Part shown: positions 1-10,038 of the stretch, piece by piece | Numbering within the stretch: position 1 is the first letter of the stretch | How the letters are laid out: every line of letters begins with the position of its first letter | Assembly: GCA_963664225.1 (NCBI GenBank) | Contig: OY760937.1 | Span: forward strand, 1,728,001-1,792,000 | Reading direction: 5' to 3' | From: Verrucomicrobiia bacterium | GTDB lineage: Bacteria > Verrucomicrobiota > Verrucomicrobiia > Limisphaerales > UBA1319 | DNA: 64,000 bases | Notes under the pieces: generated by a model | The model's input: the letters and a program-made list of their open reading frames with translations, nothing else | The model's database searches: none | Told to the model about the DNA's origin: nothing | Position numbers and translations under genes: made by a program

Positions 1-11
1 GTTGCAGCCCG

Positions 12-1367
12 TCAAACGGATTCAGGATCCGGGTGCGTATAGCCCGCGCGATACGGACGGCGCAGGAGGCGGTTGGCTTCCTCGTCGCCAATGACCTGGC
101 CCTTGACGGGATCCCAGGCCAGCGAGCGGCCGAGCTTCATCGAGAGGTTGGCCATGACACACGACGAGCTGGAGATATGCCCCTGCTCGATGTCGGCCAC
201 CGGTTTGCCCCGGGACTCGATATTGGCCAGGAAATCCTTCATGTGCCAGCGCGTGGCGGAGGCGCAATGTCTTTCGAGGTCCTTCTCGGTCTGATCCTCA
301 GGATACTTGTCGTATTCAAAAAGCGGTTCGCCGCTGAGTGTGGGTTTGCTCTCGCCAGCGGGGAAGTAATCGTAATTGAACACGCTGGTCTTGAGTGTGC
401 CCTTGTCGCCGTAGAACGTCGCGCTCCAGGGATATTTGGCATCGGGCGATTCGCCCCAGGTGCGATGCGTCCAGATGACCTTGGTTTCGCCAAAATCAAA
501 CGTGGCCTCCTGGGTGTCCGAAATGTTCGCCTTGCTGGCTTTGTCCACCAGAATGCCGCCGGTGGAGCTGATCGTTTTGGGCCAGCCCAGATCCATCATC
601 CAACGGGTCATGTCGAACATGTGAACGCACATGTCGCCCACGATGCCGTTGCCGTATTCCATGAAGGCCCGCCAGCCGCGCGGGTGGACCCACTGGTTGT
701 AGGGCCGCATCGGCGCGGGACCGGTCCACATCTCGTAATCCAGATGCTCGGGCGGTGTCCCGTCCGGCGGATTGCCCGAGGCGCGCATGTGCCAGTAACA
801 GCAAATCTCGACCATGCCAATCTTCCCCAGCAGGCCCTCCTTGATGACCCGGTCGCGGGCCTCGATGAGATGGGGCGTGCTGCGGCGTTGCGTGCCCACT
901 TGAACCACCTTTTTGTATTTGCGTGCCGCGGCGACCATGGCCTGCCCTTCCACCACATCCACGCCGACCGGCTTTTGCACATAGACATCCGCGCCCGCCT
1001 GCACCGCGGCCGTCATCGCCAGCGCATGCCAATGATCGGGCGTGCCCACGAGCACGATGTCCAAATCCTTTTCCTTGAGCATCTGCCGGTAATCGCCGTA
1101 GAGGCGCGGTTTTTTCTTTGAAATCTGGCGTTCGGCCACGATCTCGGCGGCTCCAGCGAGCATGTGCTGATCCACATCGCACAGGCTCACGACTTCGACC
1201 GGCGCGACCTGGATCAGGCGCAGCAAATCGCTCTTGCCATACCAACCGGTGCCAATGAGGCCCACGCGATATTTTTTATCGGTCACGTACTCCGCGGCAT
1301 ACGAGGACGGGATTGCGGCCATGGCAAGGCCGGCCGCGCTGAGTTGTAGGAATTTTCGGCGGTTCAT
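12..1367 (-). CDS. Gfo/Idh/MocA family oxidoreductase with Tat signal
   Basis: N-terminal NRRKFL twin-arginine motif, GLIGTGWYG Rossmann motif, GTPDHWH, QKP, GDMCVH. Confidence 0.9.
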   Translation of the reverse strand: MNRRKFLQLSAAGLAMAAIPSSYAAEYVTDKKYRVGLIGTGWYGKSDLLRLIQVAPVEVVSLCDVDQHMLAGAAEIVAERQISKKKPRLYGDYRQMLKEKDLDIVLVGTPDHWHALAMTAAVQAGADVYVQKPVGVDVVEGQAMVAAARKYKKVVQVGTQRRSTPHLIEARDRVIKEGLLGKIGMVEICCYWHMRASGNPPDGTPPEHLDYEMWTGPAPMRPYNQWVHPRGWRAFMEYGNGIVGDMCVHMFDMTRWMMDLGWPKTISSTGGILVDKASKANISDTQEATFDFGETKVIWTHRTWGESPDAKYPWSATFYGDKGTLKTSVFNYDYFPAGESKPTLSGEPLFEYDKYPEDQTEKDLERHCASATRWHMKDFLANIESRGKPVADIEQGHISSSSCVMANLSMKLGRSLAWDPVKGQVIGDEEANRLLRRPYRAGYTHPDPESV

Positions 1368-1503
1368 GGGCGCAAAATAACCTTTATTCTTTTTTTCACA
1401 AGTCTTTTGGAAATGAGCTTTTTTGTTCCGACCTCATAAGGCCCCCAGACCCATATTTACAGGCGAGCTTGACTGCGGGGCGCTGGAATGGTAGCCAAAA
1501 CTC

Positions 1504-3585
1504 ATGTCGATTTCTTCAAGATGGGGCATTTCCAACCCGGTACTCTGTTGCGCCGCGTTGTGCCTGGTGTTGTGGACGGGATGCACGCCGCCGGGCCCCA
1601 AGGCCCTGCTGACGGGCGAGCGCCTCATTCACGAGGGCAAATACGAGGAGGCCATTGCCAAATTAAAGGTGGCCACCGAGTTGCTGCCCACCAACGCCCA
1701 GGCTTGGAACCATCTTGGTCTGGCCTATCATGGGGCCGGACAGGTGGACAACGCCGTGCATGCCTATCAAACCGCTCTTTCCCTGAATCGCAACCTGGCC
1801 GCCACGCGTTTCAATCTGGGCTGCCTCTTTCTGGAACAGAACAATCCAACCGCAGCCGTCTCCGAACTCTCCTCCTATACGGTTTTTAACCCGGTCTCCG
1901 CCGAGGGCTGGGGCAAACTCGGCCTGGCCCAACTCCAATTGGGACAGTTGAACCCCGCCGAGCAATCGTTCAAACAGGCCTTAAAATTGGAGAGCCGTTT
2001 CCCATCCGCACTCAACGGCCTGGGTCTGATTCAGTTGCGCCGCAACCGCACGACCGATGCGATGCAATATTTCGGCATGGCCCTGCGCCAGCAGACCAAC
2101 TACGGCCCGGCCATCCTCAATGAAGCCATTGTTTATCAGCAGTATCTGAAGAATCGTCCCGTGGCGTTGCAGAAATACCGGGAGTATCTCCTGGTCAACC
2201 CGGGCGCGCCGGACGCCCAGGCCGTGCGGGACATGGTCCATGTCCTTGAATTGGAGCTGGGACCCGCCTATGCACCGGTGGTGACAAATCCCCCGCCCCT
2301 CTTGGCCACGGTGGTGACGCAAACAACCGTGCTCGCCAGCGCCCCATCCAATACCGTTCATCCTGCGCTGACGAACATCAAGGCATCGGTCCTTGTCCCC
2401 GTGGTGACCAACCTCAAAGCAACCATTGCAGCGCCCGCAGTAGTGACGCCGCCCGCGCAGAAGACGCTCGTGGAATCCGAACCGGTGCTTAAAACGAACG
2501 CTCCTCAAACCGTTGTCGCCCGGCCCGAACAACCCAAAATCAAGCCTTCGCCTGTTGTCGTGCCTGTGGTTGCCAGCAAGCCTGTGGAAGCTCCTGCAAA
2601 AGTGGCGGAAGCCCCAATCGTTGCCGAGAAAGTGCTGAACACGGTGCCTGTGGCCACTCCGCCCCCTGCGCCCGTCCTGACCACCCCAGTGGTTGAACCC
2701 GTGACAATTCCCGTGATCACCGAAACACCCGGCGCCACACAAACCATAACCTATGCCTCCGCACCCCTGGCGGAGCCGCAAACCATTAATACCACGGTCC
2801 CAGTCCAAAATGCCCCGGTCCCAGCCCAAACCAACGAATTCCCTTCCGCCCAAAAACCGCCAAAAAAATCGCTCATCCAAAAAATCAACCCGGTCAACTG
2901 GTTGAGTTCCAGCGCGAAAACCCCGAAGACCCCGAAAACCGGGAAGATCGTGACTCCGCTCACCACGGCCAATCGCGTCACATCGTCCACCCCGGCGGAA
3001 ACCCTGGTTATCCCTGGCACTCCTAATTCATCCCAGACCGCGAGTGCGGTGCCGCCTCAGACCACTTCCCGGATCGCGCGGTATCCGTTCGTCTCCCCGC
3101 CCCTGCCCCAGGCGGGCGACCGCCCGGCTGCGGAACGCGCACTGCGAGAGGGAAGCCAGGCTCACACTCTGGGGCATTGGCCGGATACGCTTGCGGCGTA
3201 TCGCAAAGCGGCGCAAGCGGATCCCTCCTATTTTGCCGCGCGCTACAACCTGGCCCTGGCGCTCCTTCACGAGCAGGCTCTCTCGCAGGCGCTGCTGGAA
3301 TTTGAGACCGCGCTGGTCATCGATCCATCATCCTTTAACGCCCGTTACAATTTCGCCCTGGCGCTCCAGGAGGCCAATTATCCCACCGATGCCGCCAATG
3401 AATTCAACAAGCTGGTCGCTCTTGCCCCTGCGGACAACCGGCTGCATCTGGCCCTGGGCAACCTGTATGCCCGGCAACTGTTCCAGCCCCAGATGGCCCG
3501 CAAGGAGTATCTGCGGCTGCTGGAACTCGAGCCTGGCCATCCCCAGGCGCTCGCGATCCGCCAGTGGCTTGCAGAAAATCCTTAA
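1504..3585 (+). CDS. TPR-repeat protein, probable lipoprotein, with long Pro/Val/Thr-rich linker
   Basis: LWTGC lipobox-like motif; TPR motifs (AWNHLGLAY, ARYNLALAL) in N- and C-terminal blocks. Confidence 0.85.
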   Translation: MSISSRWGISNPVLCCAALCLVLWTGCTPPGPKALLTGERLIHEGKYEEAIAKLKVATELLPTNAQAWNHLGLAYHGAGQVDNAVHAYQTALSLNRNLAATRFNLGCLFLEQNNPTAAVSELSSYTVFNPVSAEGWGKLGLAQLQLGQLNPAEQSFKQALKLESRFPSALNGLGLIQLRRNRTTDAMQYFGMALRQQTNYGPAILNEAIVYQQYLKNRPVALQKYREYLLVNPGAPDAQAVRDMVHVLELELGPAYAPVVTNPPPLLATVVTQTTVLASAPSNTVHPALTNIKASVLVPVVTNLKATIAAPAVVTPPAQKTLVESEPVLKTNAPQTVVARPEQPKIKPSPVVVPVVASKPVEAPAKVAEAPIVAEKVLNTVPVATPPPAPVLTTPVVEPVTIPVITETPGATQTITYASAPLAEPQTINTTVPVQNAPVPAQTNEFPSAQKPPKKSLIQKINPVNWLSSSAKTPKTPKTGKIVTPLTTANRVTSSTPAETLVIPGTPNSSQTASAVPPQTTSRIARYPFVSPPLPQAGDRPAAERALREGSQAHTLGHWPDTLAAYRKAAQADPSYFAARYNLALALLHEQALSQALLEFETALVIDPSSFNARYNFALALQEANYPTDAANEFNKLVALAPADNRLHLALGNLYARQLFQPQMARKEYLRLLELEPGHPQALAIRQWLAENP

Positions 3586-3618
3586 ACCCGGCCACGACTT
3601 CTGATAGAGTCTCCAGCC

Positions 3619-4317
3619 ATGCACGGAATTGTTTTTGCCCCACACCTGCTGGCAGCAGCCAGTTTGGACTCCAAAGGTCTGGACCTCTCCAGCATTGCGG
3701 TGGGCTGGTTCGATGGTTTGGTCGTCCTGATGCTCGTTGCGGGCTTGCTGCGGGGGCGTCGCCGGGGCATGTCGGCGGAGTTGCTGGACCTTATTCTGTG
3801 GATCCTGATTGTGGTGGTGGGCGGATTGGGACACTCCGCTTTGGGCAAGGTGGTCTCGAACATCACAGGCACAGGTCTGATGTTCTCTTATATTGTCTCC
3901 TATCTGGGAATCGCCATATTCCTGGGCTTCATTTTCACGATGCTCAAGCACGGCGTGGGTGAAAAACTCATCGGCAGCGACGTGTTCGGGAACCTCGAGT
4001 ATTACCTGGGCATGTGTTCCGGCATGATCCGTTTTTTCTGCATGGTGTTCATGCTCATGGCGGTTCTTAACGCCCGGTTGTACACCAGCGACGAATTGAA
4101 GGCCCAGATCAAATACCAGGAAAAAGAACTCGGCAGCGTCTTTTTCCCCACCGTGGGCATGATGCAAAAGAGTGTCTTTCAGGATTCGTTCGTCGGGAAG
4201 TTCACCAAGGACAACCTCTCCATGCTGCTGGTGACTCCCATGCAGCCGGAAGCGCCCAAGGAAGGCATTGGCCACCGTCGTGAAAAAGAGGTCAACGACG
4301 CCCTGGGCATCAAGTAA
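3619..4317 (+). CDS. CvpA family membrane protein
   Basis: FD.LV....GLLRGRRRG..EL pattern and about four hydrophobic helices. Confidence 0.7.
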   Translation: MHGIVFAPHLLAAASLDSKGLDLSSIAVGWFDGLVVLMLVAGLLRGRRRGMSAELLDLILWILIVVVGGLGHSALGKVVSNITGTGLMFSYIVSYLGIAIFLGFIFTMLKHGVGEKLIGSDVFGNLEYYLGMCSGMIRFFCMVFMLMAVLNARLYTSDELKAQIKYQEKELGSVFFPTVGMMQKSVFQDSFVGKFTKDNLSMLLVTPMQPEAPKEGIGHRREKEVNDALGIK

Positions 4318-4354
4318 CCGGCGCGGATTTCCTGGCGTCACGTTTGCCATCCAC

Positions 4355-6175
4355 ATGGCGGGACTTTTTTCCGAATCCAATCTCGATCAGGTTCGAGCCG
4401 CAAGCGACATTGTCGATGTCATTGGCGCGCATATTCAGCTCAAGCGCCTCGGCGGCAGCTTCGTGGCCTTGTGCCCCTTTCACAAGGAAAAGACCCCCAG
4501 CTTTCATGTCAATCCGTCGCGCCAGATTTTTCATTGTTTTGGATGCCAGAAGGGCGGCGATGTTTTCACCTTTGTCCAGGAATACGAAAATGTGGACTTC
4601 GGCGAGGCGGTCCGACGCCTGGCGGAACGGGCCGGAATCGTTCTGGAGACGGACCAGACTCCCGGACAATCCCGCGCGCGCGAAATCAAGGAAACCTTGC
4701 GGGACATTCACGAGCAAATTGCGAAGCATTGGTCCGCGGTCCTCGCCTCGGATCCGAAGGCGCAGATTGCCCGCGACTACATTGCCAGACGCCAGCTCAG
4801 TGACGAAGCCGTAAAGCTCTTTCGCATCGGCTTTGCGCCCGACGCCTGGGAGGACACCGTGCAATGGGCCACGGCTAAAAAATACGACCTGTCGATCGTG
4901 GAACAGGCGGGGTTGATTCTAAAACGGGACAACGCCCAGGGCTACTACGACCGTTTTCGCGGACGCCTCATTTTCCCGATCTGCGACGAGCAAGGCCGGG
5001 TCTGCGCGTTCAGCGGACGCATCCTGGCGGAGGACGTGAAAACCGCCAAATACGTCAACTCCCCTGAAACGCCGATCTTTTCCAAACGCAAAACCTTCTT
5101 CGGACTGGATAAATCGAAACGCGCCATTCTCGACGCCCAATTCGCTCTGGTGTGCGAGGGCCAGATCGACCTGATCTCCTGTTTCATGGCGGGCGCCCGG
5201 AACATCGTCGCGCCGCTGGGCACGGCCTTCACCTCGGAACACGCGCGCATTCTCAAGCGCTTTGTCAACGAAGTGGTTCTCTGCTTTGACTCCGACAAGG
5301 CCGGCCAAACCGCTGCCGTCCGCGTTCTGGACGACCTCCTCTCCAGCGGTCTGGCGATTCGCGTGGCCGTGGTGCCCGCGCCCCATGATCCGGACAGCTT
5401 CATCAAGGCCAACGGCGGCCCGGCATTTCTGGATCTCATAGCGAAGGCACGGGGCTTTTTCGATTTCTACCTCGATTACCTGTGCCGGGGAAACGATCCG
5501 GCCACGGACCGGGGGCGTTCGGCCATCGTCAAGGCAATGGGCGAAGCGCTCTTGAAAACGGGTAGCCCGGTCCTCCTGGATGCCCACGCGCAGGAGACCG
5601 CCCTGCGGCTCGGTGTGGGAGCGGGCGCCATTCGCGCCGAATTTTCAAAATTGGGAACCCATTCACGGCCCGCACCCATCGAAGAGGACCCGCTGGAGGA
5701 GACCGACGCTCCGGAAGTGGTGCGGCCATCGACCAAGGAATTCTGGTTTCTCAAATGCCTGTTTGCCGACGAAGTGGACACCGCCTGGGTGGCCGCCCAT
5801 CTGGACCCGCAATGGATTGAGCACGCGGATGTGCGGCAAATTGTAACCCACTTTCTGGCGGCCCATCGGGAGGCGCGATGGAACGGTGCGGCGTCGATTC
5901 TGGGCGGGTTGGAAAACGAGACCGCGCGGCATTTGCTCACCGAGGCCCTGACCGATCGCCGGCCAATCCCCAACGCGCGGCTGCAATTGGAGGACATGGT
6001 GCTGTGGCTGCGCAACCAGCCGATGGAACGTCAGCTTGCGCGATTGACGCAGCTCTTGTCCAAGCCCGAACTGAGCGACAGCCAGCGCTTGAATTTCCTC
6101 GAGCAGCTCACCGCCTTGCGCCAGCAAAAACAGACTCCCCTCCAGCCATTGCCCGGCTCGGATTACACGGGTTAA
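4355..6175 (+). CDS. dnaG: DNA primase
   Basis: CHC2 zinc finger CPFH...CFGC, DRFRGRLIFPI, KYVNSPET, TOPRIM EGQID and FDSD; start placed at ATG 4355. Confidence 0.97.
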   Translation: MAGLFSESNLDQVRAASDIVDVIGAHIQLKRLGGSFVALCPFHKEKTPSFHVNPSRQIFHCFGCQKGGDVFTFVQEYENVDFGEAVRRLAERAGIVLETDQTPGQSRAREIKETLRDIHEQIAKHWSAVLASDPKAQIARDYIARRQLSDEAVKLFRIGFAPDAWEDTVQWATAKKYDLSIVEQAGLILKRDNAQGYYDRFRGRLIFPICDEQGRVCAFSGRILAEDVKTAKYVNSPETPIFSKRKTFFGLDKSKRAILDAQFALVCEGQIDLISCFMAGARNIVAPLGTAFTSEHARILKRFVNEVVLCFDSDKAGQTAAVRVLDDLLSSGLAIRVAVVPAPHDPDSFIKANGGPAFLDLIAKARGFFDFYLDYLCRGNDPATDRGRSAIVKAMGEALLKTGSPVLLDAHAQETALRLGVGAGAIRAEFSKLGTHSRPAPIEEDPLEETDAPEVVRPSTKEFWFLKCLFADEVDTAWVAAHLDPQWIEHADVRQIVTHFLAAHREARWNGAASILGGLENETARHLLTEALTDRRPIPNARLQLEDMVLWLRNQPMERQLARLTQLLSKPELSDSQRLNFLEQLTALRQQKQTPLQPLPGSDYTG

Positions 6176-6250
6176 CGGAGTCAGGATAACCAATAAGGCA
6201 CGCCCTCAACCTGTACTTCTCCACCATGGGAAGGACGAGCGTTGGACGGT

Positions 6251-8489
6251 TTATCCCGAAGGGATTACATCATTCAGGCCGGGGTTGCGAGGAACGAGCT
6301 ACCCCGGGTTGCGCACGCCCACGCACCACCAACTCTGTAGGAGTTGGATCAATCCCATACATGCCGTTCGTCGGATTCAATTTCGGATCGTTTTAAAAGG
6401 ATTGCGCGGACGGGACGATTGCGGGTGAGGTTGATCGAACGTGGCTGGATGATCCGCATCCGGAATCGTGGCACGTCCCGTTCCAGTCTGGCGGACATGG
6501 TGGCTTAATTTCCATACAACCACTGCGGCACCAAATTTCCATCTTATTATCCCGAAGGGATTAAATCATTCAGACCGGGGTTGCGAGGAACGAGCTACCC
6601 CGGGTTACACATGCCCACGCACCACCAACTCTGTAGGAGTTGGATCAGTCCCACACATGGCGTTCGTCGCATTCAAATTCATATCGTTTTAAAAGGATTG
6701 CGCGGACGGGACGATTGCGGGTGAGGTTGATCGAACGTGGCTGGATGATCCGCATCCGGAATCGTGGCACGTCCCGTTCCAGTCTGGCGGATATGGTGGC
6801 TTAATTTCCATACAACCACTGCGGCACCAAATTTCCATCTTATTATCCCGAAGGGATTAAATCATTCAGACCGGGGTTGCGAGGAACGAGCTACCCCGGG
6901 TTACACATGCCCACGCACCACCAACTCTGTAGGAGTTGGATCAATCCCATACATGGCGTTCGTCGCATTCAATTTCGTATCGTTTTAAAAGGATTGCGCG
7001 GACGGGACGATTGCGGGTGAGGTTGATCGAACGTGGCTGGATGATCCGCATCCGGAATCGTGGCACGTCCCGTTCCAGTCTGGCGGATATGGTGGCTTAA
7101 TTTCCATACAACCACTGCGGCACCAAATTTCCATCTTATTATCCCGAAGGGATTAAATCATTCAGACCGGGGTTGCGAGGAACGAGCTACCCCGGGTTGC
7201 GCATACCCACGCGCCACCAACTCTGTAGGAGTTGGATCAATCCCATACATGGCGTTCGTCGCATTCAATTTCGTATCGTTTTAAAAGGATTGCGCGGACG
7301 GGACGATTGCGGGTGAGGTTGATCGAACGTGGCTGGATGATCCGCATCCGGAATCGTGGCACGTCCCGTTCCGGTCTGGCGGATATGGTGGCGGTATAAT
7401 CTCCATTCAACCGCTTCGGCGCCGGATTCCCATTCCATTATCCCGAAGGGATTAAATCATTCAGACCGGGGTTGCGAGGAACGAGCTACCCCGGGTTGCA
7501 CATGCCCACGCGCCACCAACTCTGTAGGAGTTGGATCAATCCCATACATGGCGTTCGTCGCATTCAATTTCGTATCGTTTTAAAAGGATTGCGCGGACGG
7601 GACGATTGCGGGTGAGGTTGATCGAACGTGGCTGGATGATCCGCATCCGGAATCGTGGCACGTCCCGTTCCAGTCTGGCGGATATGGTGGCGGTATAATC
7701 TCCAATCAACCACGGCGGCACTGGATTTCCATCTCAATATCCCGTAGGGATTAAATCATTCAGCCCGGGGTTGCGAGGAACGAGCTACCCCGGGTTGCGC
7801 ATACCCCCCCACACCACCAACTCTGTAGGAGTTGGATCAGTCCCACTCATGTAGTTCTTCGCATTCAATTTCGTATCGTTTTAAAAGGATTGCGCGGACG
7901 GGACGATTGCGGGTGAGGTTGATCGAACGTGGCTGGATGATCCGCATCCGGAATCGTGGCACGTCCCGTTCCAGTCTGGCGGATATGGTGGCTTAATTTC
8001 CATACAACCACTGCGGCACCAAATTTCCATCTTATTATCCCGAAGGGATTAAATCATTCAGACCGGGGTTGCGAGGAACGAGCTACCCCGGGTTGCGCAT
8101 CCCCCCCCCATCACCAACTCTGTAGGAGTTGGATCAGTCCCACACATGGCGTTCGTCGCATTCAATTTCGTATCGTTTTAAAAGGATTGCGCGGACGGGA
8201 CGATTGCGGATTGCGGGTGAGGTTTATCGAACGTGGCTGGATGATCCGCATCCGGAATCGTGGCACGTCCCGTTCCAGTCTGGCGGATATGGTGGCCGTT
8301 TAATCTCCAATCAACCACTGCGGCACGGGATTTGGATCTCATTATCCCGAAGGGATTAAATCATTCAGACCGGGGTTGCGAGGAACGAGCTACCCCGGGT
8401 TGCACATGCCCACGCACCACCAACTCTGTAGGAGTTGGATCAGTCCCACTCATGTCGTTCTTCGCATTCAATTTCGTATCGTTTTAAAA
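6251..8489. repeat. Tandem array of ~296-307 bp units (7 full + 1 partial): REP-like hairpins plus 3' end of a Y1 transposase gene
   Basis: Unit starts at 6251, 6547, 6843, 7139, 7438, 7737, 8035, 8342; hairpins ATCCC-GAA-GGGAT, CCGGGGT...ACCCCGG, CCAACTC-TGTAG-GAGTTGG. Confidence 0.97.
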
Positions 8490-8526
8490 ATTCACGGTAT
8501 TCTGATTTATGGGCAATCTTCCTCAA
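8440..8526 (-). pseudogene. C-terminal remnant of IS200/RAYT-type (Y1 HUH) transposase; shorter versions in every array unit
   Basis: Translates to RKIAHKSEYREFLKRYEIECEERHEWD*, resembling the F.EEYR.FL..YEI.FDERY.WD C-terminus of this family. Confidence 0.75.
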
Positions 8527-8580
8527 TGTCTCCCAGCCCGCACGCTCCCGCACCGGCCAGGCAGCGGGGTGGACAAAAGC

Positions 8581-8694
8581 TCCGATTGTTGACCTGCAGT
8601 GAAAAAGGGTTTAAATCCCATACATGCGACGAATTAAGAATGGATTCCGGCCGGTCCAATTCACGAACCGCTGGTCGCATTGTCAAAGTTGGGC
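8581..8694 (+). promoter_or_regulatory. attI-like cassette leader with candidate promoter
   Basis: TTGACC (8589)-N16-TTAAAT; inverted repeat ATGCGAC (8624)/GTCGCAT (8674); GTTGGGC core at 8688-8694 just before the first cassette ORF; homologs at 26610-26812 and 28493-28606. Confidence 0.55.
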
Positions 8695-8705
8695 TTCTGA
8701 TCGGT

Positions 8706-9002
8706 ATGAAAGCGCGCTCCATGTTCCTGCTGTCCCTAATTCTGATGTTCGGGGCACTGCTTATGGTGCTTCGGGGACGGTCTCAACTTAACGAGTCTTT
8801 TCAGGCTTGGCATAGTGGCGAGCATGAGGTTTTTCGGCAGTTTGCCCATCGAGGTGGATGGTTTATTTACCCTGCTTGGGCGCTCGCTGTCGGCGGCGTG
8901 GCATGCCTGTTCGCCTCGTACCGCAGACACGAGCCCGCGTGGCGATGGACGGTGGTGGCCCTGCTTGTGCTCTTCCTCCTTTTCGGCCTCGCGCCCGTAT
9001 GA
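8706..9002 (+). CDS. Cassette-borne small membrane protein (98 aa)
   Basis: Three hydrophobic segments; lies between attI-like core and attC; frame conserved in the duplicate. Confidence 0.7.
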   Translation: MKARSMFLLSLILMFGALLMVLRGRSQLNESFQAWHSGEHEVFRQFAHRGGWFIYPAWALAVGGVACLFASYRRHEPAWRWTVVALLVLFLLFGLAPV

Positions 9003-9009
9003 AACCGAA

Positions 9010-9135
9010 GTTCAACCAGTTCACCACACTGAACTGCCGCCAAGCGTTGCAGTTTCGATGCGCCGGGTTCTTCGGGCGTTGCATTTGCTGGCAGCTCCCG
9101 TTTACGGCGCCCGTCGGTGAGCCAGAGCGTTAACC
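9010..9135 (+). other. attC site
   Basis: R'' GTTCAAC ... ttcacc/ggtgag L boxes ... R' GTTAACC, directly after a stop codon. Confidence 0.7.
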
Positions 9136-9152
9136 GCTATACATCACGCACT

Positions 9153-9440
9153 ATGAAATTCTTTACCACCCCCGATGACAAATTTGTGCATCTTGCAGAC
9201 GATGACAAGCAGCGGGCTGCGGCTTTGGACCTTCTGGAGAGTTCTCGCTCGGCCTATTATTTTGGCGGGCTCCTGGTCATCGCGGTCGCGGCGTGCTTGG
9301 AATTGAGCGGGCACGGTATGGGAGGTTTCGCCATTTTTGGCGTATTGTGTACTTGTCTTGCCTTCAAGTATGAGTCAGACATACGGACACTTAGGATGGT
9401 TGACAATATGCGGAAGAGATATGAAACCAGAGTTAGTTAA
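9153..9440 (+). CDS. Cassette-borne small membrane protein (95 aa)
   Basis: ORF bounded by attC sites; two hydrophobic segments; conserved in the duplicate. Confidence 0.7.
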   Translation: MKFFTTPDDKFVHLADDDKQRAAALDLLESSRSAYYFGGLLVIAVAACLELSGHGMGGFAIFGVLCTCLAFKYESDIRTLRMVDNMRKRYETRVS

Positions 9441-9513
9441 CAAAACGCTCCAGGCAATCGCCGTCAAGCGCTTCGGTTGGCATGTCGGCTGTGCCTGATC
9501 TTGCTCGTTAGGC
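9435..9513 (+). other. attC site
   Basis: R'' AGTTAAC overlapping the stop codon, caggca/tgcctg arms, R' GTTAGGC. Confidence 0.8.
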
Positions 9514-9522
9514 CTCTTTTAT

Positions 9523-10038
9523 ATGTCGCGCGCGAAGGTCAGATGGATTTGGGTTTGCAGCGCGGTCGCCGTCTTGATATTGGCGGCTGTGGCGTTGGTT
9601 TGCTGGCACGGCGCAGCCGAGCCTCTCGGGAACTTTCCGATTTCGCTCCATGGTACAACCAACGATCCGATACGTGGATTGGTGGCCTCCTTCAGCGTGA
9701 CCAACGAGAGCCGGATGAGCATTTACTACTGTATTTGTCCGGTTCAAGTGAAGTCGGACGGTGCATGGCCAGACTTGCGGATTCCGCGCAGCGGCGGCAG
9801 TGAGTTGGCATCGGGCGGGGCTGACGTGTTTTCTGTCGTGGCGCCGGCAGCCGCGCAAGAGTGGAGAGTTCCGGTGGTGTGGGGATACAGACCCACAGGG
9901 TATCGGTCCGTCACGGGACGGGTGAAATACAATCTCCGCTTGAATTGGGACCGGCTGCGACATGGACGGTTCCCAACGCTGGACAACCACGCACAGTTCA
10001 CGCTGCATGCCAGCTATTCCCCGACGTTCAGCAAATGA
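9523..10038 (+). CDS. Cassette-borne hypothetical protein with N-terminal TM/signal segment (171 aa)
   Basis: ATG about 10 bp after the attC R' box; conserved in the duplicate; own attC not found. Confidence 0.7.
   Translation: MSRAKVRWIWVCSAVAVLILAAVALVCWHGAAEPLGNFPISLHGTTNDPIRGLVASFSVTNESRMSIYYCICPVQVKSDGAWPDLRIPRSGGSELASGGADVFSVVAPAAAQEWRVPVVWGYRPTGYRSVTGRVKYNLRLNWDRLRHGRFPTLDNHAQFTLHASYSPTFSK

Noticed and set aside
6468..8487. Repeated 74-75 aa ORFs (MARPVPVWR...)
   Set aside because: They run through hairpins antisense to the tnpA tail and are broken in some units; probably not genes
6251..8489. CRISPR array
   Set aside because: Units are ~297 bp, the variable parts are related alleles rather than unique spacers, and no cas genes are present
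8614..8626. 13-mer AATCCCATACATG shared between the leader and the tnpA tail, a possible guide
   Set aside because: Not conserved in the homologous leader near 26680-26692; may be chance
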